Source of the DNA: an uncultured Gemmatimonadales bacterium
Lineage (GTDB): Bacteria > Gemmatimonadota > Gemmatimonadetes > Gemmatimonadales > GWC2-71-9
Length of the DNA stretch: 64,000 nucleotides
NCBI GenBank assembly: GCA_963771275.1
Contig: CAVYSW010000003.1
Coordinates: 1,312,001-1,376,000 of the forward strand
Reading direction: 5' to 3'
This document shows positions 10,024 to 17,811 of this stretch, piece after piece. Made by a program: the position numbers and the translations under genes. Within the stretch, counting starts at the first letter, position 1. The number at the start of each line of letters is the position of its first letter. The notes under the pieces were generated by a model, which saw only the letters and a program-made list of their open reading frames with translations, ran no database searches and was not told the origin of the DNA.

Positions 10024-10569
10024 ATGACGATGACGACGACATGGGCACTCGATCAGGCGCACACGGGCATCGAGTTCAGCGTGCGGCACCTGGGGATCGC
10101 GACGGTGCGCGGTCGGTTCGGGCTACAATCGGGGACGGTGGATCTGGAGGACGACGGCGGGCTACGCGGGATCGCGGCGACGATCGACGCCGTGAGCGTG
10201 GACACCGGCGTGGAGCAGCGCGACGCGCACCTCCGCTCGCCGGATTTCCTCGATGCGGCGGCGTACCCCACCATGACGTTCCGCTCGACGGCGGTGCGGC
10301 GCCGCAGGGACGACGGCTACGACGTGGAGGGCGACCTCACGCTCCACGGCCAGACGCACCCCGTCCGCCTCGCGGTCGACGTGACGCCGCACGTCACCGA
10401 TCCATGGGGCAACCAGCGGGTGGCCGCGTCGGCCACGGGCAAGCTCGACCGCCGGCAGTGGGGGCTCACGTGGAATCAGGCGCTGGAGTTCGGCGGCGTC
10501 GTGGTGAGCGACGAAGTACGCTTCACGCTCGACGTGCAGGCGGTGGCGCCGCAGCCGGTGGCGGCGTGA
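10024..10569 (+). CDS. yceI: YceI family polyisoprenoid/quinone-binding protein
   Basis: WALDQAHTGIEFSVRHLG, RDAHLRSPDF, GDLTLHG, DPWGN, RRQWGLTWN. Confidence 0.9.
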   Translation: MTMTTTWALDQAHTGIEFSVRHLGIATVRGRFGLQSGTVDLEDDGGLRGIAATIDAVSVDTGVEQRDAHLRSPDFLDAAAYPTMTFRSTAVRRRRDDGYDVEGDLTLHGQTHPVRLAVDVTPHVTDPWGNQRVAASATGKLDRRQWGLTWNQALEFGGVVVSDEVRFTLDVQAVAPQPVAA

Positions 10570-10966
10570 GCGGGCCGGCCGAGCCGGAGTGCGGCGGGGT
10601 GACGCCCTTGCGGGCGAGGATCACCTGCAGCAGGCGGCGGTCCCGAGCGTTGACGCAGGGGCGGTCGCAGGCCGCCCACTCCTCCAGCCGCCGGCACAAG
10701 CGGTTGCACTCGGGAGCGTCATAGAGGTCGTCCACCGCGTCCCCCCTGGGCGCGTCCGCCAGGCACGACCTCAGCCGATGCGTGAGCACGGAGACACTGG
10801 AGCCGCAGCCGTGCTCGAACACGAGCAGGTTGGCCTCCGGGGCATGCGGAGCGACCTGCAGCCCGACGACCCGGAGGCGCGGGTCATCGAGGAAACGCTC
10901 CGGCGTCAGCCAGCGCTGGCCGCAGGCGCCGCACGCGCGGAACGCGCGTGGGGACTGGTGCGTCAC
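10523..10966 (-). CDS. Cys-rich hypothetical protein (8 Cys)
   Basis: From GTG 10966: CGAC, HGC, RSC, CNRLC, CDRPC. The 3' end overlaps the end of yceI. Confidence 0.55.
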   Translation of the reverse strand: MTHQSPRAFRACGACGQRWLTPERFLDDPRLRVVGLQVAPHAPEANLLVFEHGCGSSVSVLTHRLRSCLADAPRGDAVDDLYDAPECNRLCRRLEEWAACDRPCVNARDRRLLQVILARKGVTPPHSGSAGPLTPPPAAAPPPARRA

Positions 10967-11004
10967 TCGGGCGGGGTGCGCACCCGGTAAACCACGAGGC
11001 GCTC

Positions 11005-11269
11005 CACCCTCGCCGGGGCCGCCACCGGGCTTTCCCATGAGCCGCACGAACCGGCCGGCGGAGTCGAACACGGCGATACGCTTGGCCGATGTGTCCAGCA
11101 CGTACAGGTTGCCCCGGGCATCCGCGCCCACGACCCCGCCCTGCAGCTCGTAGAACGACTGCTCGCCAGCGTCCGTGTCGCCGAGGGCGAACAGGGAATC
11201 GAACCGCCAATCGAGCGGGACGTCCGGGCCGGCGTAGGTGGCGATCTCCACGCCGGCGGAATCCACCAT
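11005..11269 (-). pseudogene. Truncated 6-bladed beta-propeller (NHL-like) fragment
   Basis: MVDSAGVEI...DARGNLYVLD...IAVFDSAGRFVRLMGKPGGGPGE. It stops resembling a propeller after about one blade and runs in frame into the Cys-rich ORF. Confidence 0.5.
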
Positions 11270-11298
11270 GCCGCGGCGGACTTCATGCCCTCCTCGTC

Positions 11299-11778
11299 CT
11301 ACATCTTCGCCGAATCGGGGAGCGGCATCGTGCTCGCACCGATGTCCGCCGCGGCCTTCCACGCCCCGTTCACCTTCTGCCAGACCGTGACGTAGTTGCC
11401 GGTGTCCTGCTTGCCCTCGTTCGTCATGGTCCACGAGCCGATCTCGTAGGCCAGGTCGCCCGAGCCGGCGACCACGACCTTCTTCGTGGTCCAGCTGACT
11501 ACGGCGTTCGGCATCTTCGCCGCCTGGGCCTCTGCCGCCGCCTGGACCCCCGCCGGCCCCATCATGGGCTCCGCGTTCTGCGGGAACGACATGCCGTCCG
11601 GCGCGAAGCTGGCCGCTGCCGCGGCCCAGTCATGCGCCTGAACCGCCTTCATCCAGGTGGCCGACGCGTTGCGAATGGCCTGCTCCTCCGCCGCGACGTC
11701 CGTGGTCGGTGGCTTGGCGCAAGCGGCAAGCGCGACCAGGGCGACGGCGGCGAGCATGTCACGGGTGTGGCGGATCAT
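11299..11778 (-). CDS. NTF2-like (DUF4440/SnoaL) lipoprotein
   Basis: GGAGG RBS, lipobox LAAC, SGDLAYEIG, GNYVTVWQK...WK. Confidence 0.8.
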   Translation of the reverse strand: MIRHTRDMLAAVALVALAACAKPPTTDVAAEEQAIRNASATWMKAVQAHDWAAAAASFAPDGMSFPQNAEPMMGPAGVQAAAEAQAAKMPNAVVSWTTKKVVVAGSGDLAYEIGSWTMTNEGKQDTGNYVTVWQKVNGAWKAAADIGASTMPLPDSAKM

Positions 11779-11851
11779 CACGACCTCCGGTACGGGGGAT
11801 CCCATAAGGGGCCTCGCCGGAACTGCGCTGTCAAGCGCCGCGCGGCGCGAC

Positions 11852-12175
11852 TCAATGCTGCCACACGGCGAATCCCTGCTGGCGCAGCTCTTCGGCGAGG
11901 AACTCCTCTTCCTCCACCGCGTCCCGGTAGGGCATGGGGTTGTAGGGTTCGTACAGCTCGGGGAGCAGATGCAGGCCGTACTTGCGAACGTAGCGGTTCG
12001 CCTTGTAGCCCCGCTTGTGCTGCGCGAAGCGCCTCTCGGGCGACAGCCCCGTGCTGCCCACGTAGACGCACGGCTTGAGCGGGTGGCGCTGCGGGTTGGC
12101 GTCGCGGAACCTGCGTTCGTTGAGCACCGCGTCGTCGAGCTTGATGACGTAGACGTTGTGGTGGCGCTTGGGCAC
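11852..12175 (-). CDS. Small GIY-YIG-like nuclease
   Basis: VYVIKL...VYVGSTG...RRFAQH...YVRKYG...EE pattern. Confidence 0.7.
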   Translation of the reverse strand: MPKRHHNVYVIKLDDAVLNERRFRDANPQRHPLKPCVYVGSTGLSPERRFAQHKRGYKANRYVRKYGLHLLPELYEPYNPMPYRDAVEEEEFLAEELRQQGFAVWQH

Positions 12176-12184
12176 GGCCGCTCC

Positions 12185-12502
12185 CTACAGCTGCACGTCA
12201 CCCCCAGGGTCGCGCTCCCTGAGCCGCTCGAGCGTTTCGGCTCCCTCCTGCACCCGGCGCTGCGTCTCCGCGTGATCAGGTTGCGCCGAGCGCCAGTCCG
12301 GCCGGCCGGTCGCATCGAGCGGCACGCGGATCACCAGCCCCTCGGTCCACGCGTGGCCGGCCGGCAACCGGTCGAGCGGCAGCGTGATCCCGCCGCCCCG
12401 GTCGTCGGCCAGCAGCGCGACCGCGCCCTCGATCCGATCGATCACGACGGTGAGCAGGCGCGGGGTGCCGCGCCCCTCAGCGGACGGTGTCTTGTCGGGC
12501 AT
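12185..12502 (-). CDS. DUF3006-like protein
   Basis: VIDRIEGAVALL...LPLDRLP...EGLVI; directly follows the ComEC-type MBL gene. Confidence 0.65.
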   Translation of the reverse strand: MPDKTPSAEGRGTPRLLTVVIDRIEGAVALLADDRGGGITLPLDRLPAGHAWTEGLVIRVPLDATGRPDWRSAQPDHAETQRRVQEGAETLERLRERDPGGDVQL

Positions 12503-13325
12503 GCTGGGTCTCCACGTCGTAGCTCCCGTCGGCGCGACCCGCGATCGTGATCGAGCCGTCCCGGTCGGTGCGGTAGATCGTCGCTCCGAGGGCGGAATAG
12601 TAGCGCAGCGCTCGCGGGTTCGGGTGTCCATAGGGATTGTCCGCCCCCACCGAAATCACCACGACGCTTGGGCGCGTGCGGGCGATCCATCCGGGTGTCA
12701 CCCCGTTGCGCGCCCCGTGATGGGCCGCCTTGAGCACGGTCACCCGGGGGAGGTCGAGCGTGAGAAAGTAGCGCAGCTCGTCCAGCTCAGCGTCGCCGGT
12801 GAGCAGCGCCCGGAAGGCGCCGAACGCGAGCAGGACCCCCACCGACCGGTCGTTCTGGCTCGCCCCCGCCGGCCACGGCGGCAGCACGCGGAGCGGCACG
12901 GAGCCCAGCGCGATGGTGCGGGCCAGGGGCGCGAGGTACGTGATGCCGAGGGAATCGACCGCGTGCATCAGCCCGCGGTACGTCGTGGTGGTGTGCGGCG
13001 TCCCGTTGTCCAGGAACGTCCGGGTCGGGATCGTCCGAAGCACCTGCTCCATGCCGCCGATATGGTCGGCGTCCGCATGGGACGCGATCACCAAGTCCAG
13101 CGTGTCGATCCCGAAGCGCGCCAGCCGATCGGCCACGTCTGCGCTGGCGGGGCCGGCGTCGATCAGCGCGGTCTTCCCTTCGGGCGAGATCACCAGCGCC
13201 GCGTCGCCCTGGCCGACGTCGAGGAACACGATGCGGACCCGCGCGGAGTCCTGGGCCCACGCCGGCTGCGCGGCGAAAACGAGCAGGGCCAGCCGGGCGG
13301 CGGCGACGAAACGGTGCAGGTCCAT
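12477..13325 (-). CDS. ComEC/Rec2-type metallo-beta-lactamase-fold hydrolase (secreted)
   Basis: Signal peptide; FLDVGQGDA, LIDAG, SHADADHIGG, LLTGDAE, KAAHHG, NPYGHP, RTD..G. Confidence 0.9.
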   Translation of the reverse strand: MDLHRFVAAARLALLVFAAQPAWAQDSARVRIVFLDVGQGDAALVISPEGKTALIDAGPASADVADRLARFGIDTLDLVIASHADADHIGGMEQVLRTIPTRTFLDNGTPHTTTTYRGLMHAVDSLGITYLAPLARTIALGSVPLRVLPPWPAGASQNDRSVGVLLAFGAFRALLTGDAELDELRYFLTLDLPRVTVLKAAHHGARNGVTPGWIARTRPSVVVISVGADNPYGHPNPRALRYYSALGATIYRTDRDGSITIAGRADGSYDVETQHARQDTVR

Positions 13326-13606
13326 CGTCCAAGTGTGGCGATCTTCATGCGGACACGCCACGGTGGAGCGCCAGCGGCTCCGGCGGGCTTCATCTCGACC
13401 GGCGTGGTCCCGATTCCCGTTCCTCCCCGCTCACGTGCCGCAACCGGGCGCCGTGAGGCGGGCGTTGCGCGGTGTGGTACCGACCCGGATGTTGCATGCA
13501 GATCGCCGATCGCGGCGGTTGGCAAACGTGTCTGTCCTCAGGAGGTTTGTGCATCCCGGATGGCGACGGGGTTCCGCCACCAGTCCGCAATCCATGGGGG
13601 TGTCGC

Positions 13607-14935
13607 ATGTGCAGCACATCCCGTCTGAACGTGATGCTCACGGTTTCGATGTTGGTAGTGGGCGCGTGCTCGTCCGAGGGACCGGACGGAGGTGGCAACC
13701 CGGTCACGATCCCCGCGAACGCGATGGACTACGTCGTGTTCGCCTGGAACGACCTCGGCATGCACTGTCTCAATCCGACGTACACCCAGGCGGTGATTCT
13801 GCCGCCCTACAACACGGTGTGGGCACAGGTGATCCGGCGCGGCAACCCGCCGCAGATCGTGACGCAGGGCATCGCCGTCGAGTATCGCATCGTCGACAAC
13901 ACGTTTTCGTACGGGAAGACCGATGCGCACGGGGGCGTCTTTGCCCAGTTCTGGGACAACAGCCAGGCGCTGTTCGGCGCGGCGCTGGCGCACGACCAGG
14001 GTCTGAACCTCGAGGATCCGGCGATTCACAACGGACTCTCGGGAACCATGGTCCTGAAGGGCGATCACTTCCAGGTGAACGGCATCCCGATCGTGCCGGT
14101 GAGCGACGCGGGGGTGTGGAACCCGTACCAGGTGATCGAGGTGACGGTGAAGCAGGGCGGCACGGCGATCGCGCAGACGCGGGCGACCGTCCCGACGTCG
14201 GACGAGATCGACTGCGCCAAGTGCCACGGCGCCGCGGATCCGTTCGGCGACGTGCTGGCAAAGCACGATCAACGGCACGCGACCTCGCTCGCTTCCGGCA
14301 CGCCGGTGCTCTGCGCCAACGGAGCCTGCCACACGAGTCCCGCGCTCGGCCAGAGCGGCGAGGGCGCCGACGGCTACCTGTCGGCGGCGATCCACGGCGC
14401 GCACGCGAGCCGCGGGGCGGCGTGCATGGACTGCCATCCGGGGGCCGTGACGCGGTGCAGCCGGAGCGTGGCGCACACGGCGACGGACGGCAACTGCACG
14501 ACCTGCCACGGCGCGATGGATCAGGTGGCCTCCAGCATCGAGTCGGGTCGCGTGCCGTGGGTCACCGAGCCCAAGTGCCAGAACGGGAGCTGTCACGTGG
14601 GTGTCGAGGAGGTCGACACGCAGGCCACGCTGTACCGCAACGCCACGGGCCACCAGGGCCTGCGCTGCCCGGTCTGCCACGACAGCCCCCACGCGATGTA
14701 TCCCAGCCGGGAAGCCACCGACAACTACCAGCCGGTGCAGTATCAGACCACGGTGAAGACGATCGGCAGCTGCGCGGCGTGTCACGCGAGCTCGCGCGGC
14801 GCCGGGGCGGGGCAGGACTTCGCCGAAACGCACGGCGGGACGGGTGGCGAGCCGAACGCCTGCCGCGTGTGCCACACGGTGGTACCGGCCAACACGACCG
14901 GTTGGCCGCACGCGTACACGTGGCAGGCCCGCTGA
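13607..14935 (+). CDS. Multiheme cytochrome c lipoprotein (6 CxxCH + 2 CX4CH)
   Basis: Lipobox VVGAC; WNDLGMHC N-terminal domain; CAKCH, CMDCH, CTTCH, CPVCH, CAACH, CRVCH plus CANGACH and CQNGSCH. Confidence 0.88.
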   Translation: MCSTSRLNVMLTVSMLVVGACSSEGPDGGGNPVTIPANAMDYVVFAWNDLGMHCLNPTYTQAVILPPYNTVWAQVIRRGNPPQIVTQGIAVEYRIVDNTFSYGKTDAHGGVFAQFWDNSQALFGAALAHDQGLNLEDPAIHNGLSGTMVLKGDHFQVNGIPIVPVSDAGVWNPYQVIEVTVKQGGTAIAQTRATVPTSDEIDCAKCHGAADPFGDVLAKHDQRHATSLASGTPVLCANGACHTSPALGQSGEGADGYLSAAIHGAHASRGAACMDCHPGAVTRCSRSVAHTATDGNCTTCHGAMDQVASSIESGRVPWVTEPKCQNGSCHVGVEEVDTQATLYRNATGHQGLRCPVCHDSPHAMYPSREATDNYQPVQYQTTVKTIGSCAACHASSRGAGAGQDFAETHGGTGGEPNACRVCHTVVPANTTGWPHAYTWQAR

Positions 14936-15077
14936 AGCTCGCGGCCAGCGCGCCGTTCCGGGCCCGTCTTCTCCGGGGAGCCGGCGACATGGCCGACGCT
15001 CCACCTCAGCCCTCCGCCCTGGCCGCCGTTCGTCCGGCCGCCTATCCTAGGGTCAGGCTCCCCACCGAGCGGGTCGC

Positions 15078-17690
15078 ATGGCCGACGTGATGGGTCGTTT
15101 GCAGGAGGCGCTCGCCGAGCGCTACACGATCGAGCGGGAGATCGGGCGGGGCGGGATGGCGACGGTCTATCTCGCGCGCGACCTGAAGCACGAGCGCCGC
15201 GTGGCGCTCAAGGTGTTCCATCCGGAGCTCGCCCAGGTGCTCGGCCCGGAGCGGTTTCTCCGCGAAGTGAAGGTCACCGCGCAGCTGCACCATCCCCACA
15301 TCCTGCCGCTGTACGACTCGGGCGTCGCGGACGGGCTGCTGTACTACGTGATGCCGTACGTCGAAGGCGAGTCGCTGCGCGACCGTCTGGCGCGCGAGAG
15401 GCAGCTGCCACTGGACGATGCGCTGCGGATCTCCCGCGAGGTGGCCGACGCGCTGTCCTACGCGCACAGCCACGATGTGATTCATCGGGACATCAAGCCG
15501 GAGAACATCCTGCTGGAGAGCGGCCACGCGGTGGTGGCGGACTTCGGGATCGCGCGGGCGATCACGGTGGCTGGGGGCACGCGGCTGACGGAGACGGGGT
15601 TGGCGCTGGGGACGCCGGCCTACATGAGCCCGGAGCAGGCGGCGGGCGAGCGGGAGCTCGACGGCCGGACCGACGTGTACAGCCTGGGGTGCGTCCTGTA
15701 CGAGATGTTGGCGGGCGCACCGCCGATCACGGGACCGAGCGTGGCGGCGGTGCTGGCGCGGAAGTCGGTGGACGCGCCGCCGGAGCTGCGGCGGGTGCGG
15801 AGCGCCGTGCCGGCGGCGGTCGAGCGGGCCGTGACGCGGGCGCTGTCGCTCGTGCCGGCGGATCGGCAGCGCACGGCGGCGGAGCTGGCCGAGCAGCTCG
15901 GGAGGGCGGCCGCGATGCCCGCAGCGGCGGAGCCGGCGGGCGCGCCGGCGGTCCCCAGGCGGCGCCGTGCGCCGGCGCTCGCCGTGATCGCGGCGCTTGC
16001 GGTCGTCGCGGCCGCGGTGGCGCTGTGGCGGGTGGTTCCCCGGGGTGGGGCCGCGGCCCCGGTCGCGAATCGGGTCGTGGTGCTGCCGTACGACAACCAG
16101 ACGGGCGACTCGACGCTCGATCCGATCGGGCGGATGGTCGCCGACTGGATTACCGAAGGGTTGGCACAGACCAGCGACGTGCAGGTCGTTCCGAACATGA
16201 TCGTGCTCCAGACGCTGGCCGGCATCAAGCCGCGACCCGGAGGGAGCGGGGAGAGGACGGCGGTCCAGGAGCTGGCCCGGCTCACCCAATCGGGTCTTGC
16301 CGTGACCGGGTCATACTACCGGCACGGGGACAGGCTGGAGTTCCACTCGGAGGTCCTCGACGTGAGGTCGAGCACCCCCCTGGGGGTCATCGAGCCGGTG
16401 CTCGGCCGCATGGAAAACCCCACGGCGGCGATCGATTCGTTGCGTCTCAGGGTGATGGGGGTGCTGGCGGCCCGACTCAACTCGGCCGGCTGGGAAATCC
16501 CCGCTTCGGTCCAACCGCCGTCCTACGACACCTATCGCGCGTACGCCGAGGGGATGAGCCGTTGGATCGGGGGGAACTACTTGGAAGCGGGTGTCCTGTT
16601 CGAGCGCGCGTTCGCGCTCGATTCGACCTACCTACGGGCGTTGATTCTCGCTTCAGCGGCGTACGGCAACGCCGGTAACCGCGCCCGGTCCGACTCGCTG
16701 CTCGAATTCCTCGTCTTGCGGCGTGATCGGCTGTCGCCGTACGACCAGTACCGGCTCGATTTTGGGCTGGCAGAACTCCGCGGTGATCGTGAGGCCCAGC
16801 TCGCGGCCGCGCGGGCCGCGGTGCGACTCGTCCCGATTGGCACCGCGCGGTTCGCGCTCATCGTGTCCCTCAGGGCGGTCAACCGACCACGGGAGGCGCT
16901 CGCCGAGTACGACGATCTGCTACGACACGGTATGCCCGAGAGCGGGGCGGCGTGGTACGTCGTCTGGGGAGGCAGAACTGAGTTGTACCACATCCTGGGC
17001 CAGCACAAGAAGGAGCTGGAGGTGGCGCGGGCAGGTCGCGCGCGGCTCTCCGGCTCGCTGCCTGTCCTGCTGTACGAAGGCCGCGCGCTCGCGGCGTTGG
17101 GACGGATGGATGAGCTACGCGCGCTGAGCGACGAGATCCTGGCGCAGCGTGTGCGGCCGGGACTCACACCCGGCGACGTCCTGCTGACACTCGCAGAGGA
17201 GTTGCGTGCGCACGGGCATGCTGCGGAAGCCGCAGAGGTCGCCGACCGGGCGCTCGCCTGGTATGACGCGCAACCTCCCGCCGTCCTCGCACGTGGCTGG
17301 CGCCGAGACCTCGAGGCCTCGCTGCTGTACCTGCGCGAGCGGTGGGCCGACGCCGCGGCACAATGGGATTCGATCCCGTCCGACTCGACCAACGTCGTTA
17401 CTCGTCTCGGTACCCGCGGTGTGCTGGCGGTGCGCCTCGGTCAGCCGGACTCGGCGCGCACGATCGCCGCGGAGCTCGCGCGGCTCGACCGGCCGCGCCT
17501 GAACGGCCAGCACACGCTGTGGCGCGCCAGAATCGCCGCCGTGCTGGGCGAGAAGGACAATGCGGTGGCGCTGCTGCGCCAGGCGTTCGCCGAGGGCGTG
17601 GCCTACGGCATCTGGCTGCACACCGACATGGACCTCGAGTCGCTGCGCGACTACAAGCCGTACCGGGAGCTGGTGCGGCCGAAAGGGTAG
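15078..17690 (+). CDS. Membrane Ser/Thr protein kinase with TolB-N-like and TPR-like domains
   Basis: GRGGMATVY, VALK, HRDIKPEN, DFG, GTPAYMSPEQ; TM helix; helical C-terminus. Confidence 0.92.
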   Translation: MADVMGRLQEALAERYTIEREIGRGGMATVYLARDLKHERRVALKVFHPELAQVLGPERFLREVKVTAQLHHPHILPLYDSGVADGLLYYVMPYVEGESLRDRLARERQLPLDDALRISREVADALSYAHSHDVIHRDIKPENILLESGHAVVADFGIARAITVAGGTRLTETGLALGTPAYMSPEQAAGERELDGRTDVYSLGCVLYEMLAGAPPITGPSVAAVLARKSVDAPPELRRVRSAVPAAVERAVTRALSLVPADRQRTAAELAEQLGRAAAMPAAAEPAGAPAVPRRRRAPALAVIAALAVVAAAVALWRVVPRGGAAAPVANRVVVLPYDNQTGDSTLDPIGRMVADWITEGLAQTSDVQVVPNMIVLQTLAGIKPRPGGSGERTAVQELARLTQSGLAVTGSYYRHGDRLEFHSEVLDVRSSTPLGVIEPVLGRMENPTAAIDSLRLRVMGVLAARLNSAGWEIPASVQPPSYDTYRAYAEGMSRWIGGNYLEAGVLFERAFALDSTYLRALILASAAYGNAGNRARSDSLLEFLVLRRDRLSPYDQYRLDFGLAELRGDREAQLAAARAAVRLVPIGTARFALIVSLRAVNRPREALAEYDDLLRHGMPESGAAWYVVWGGRTELYHILGQHKKELEVARAGRARLSGSLPVLLYEGRALAALGRMDELRALSDEILAQRVRPGLTPGDVLLTLAEELRAHGHAAEAAEVADRALAWYDAQPPAVLARGWRRDLEASLLYLRERWADAAAQWDSIPSDSTNVVTRLGTRGVLAVRLGQPDSARTIAAELARLDRPRLNGQHTLWRARIAAVLGEKDNAVALLRQAFAEGVAYGIWLHTDMDLESLRDYKPYRELVRPKG

Positions 17691-17811
17691 GTGCTTGGCC
17701 CTCGGCCGTGGCTAGCCGAGCATTCCACTCGCAATTGAGACGTGGCCGTTCGCTGGCCGACGCTCACTCACCGACCTATTGTAGAAGCACCCTCACCTGG
17801 GTTTCGGCTCC

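Noticed and set aside
13490..13600. Possible c-di-GMP-I (GEMM) riboswitch upstream of the cytochrome (GGCAAAC ... GGGGTT)
   Set aside because: The GAAA-loop stem and GACGCAAAGC core are missing; an Infernal search would settle it.
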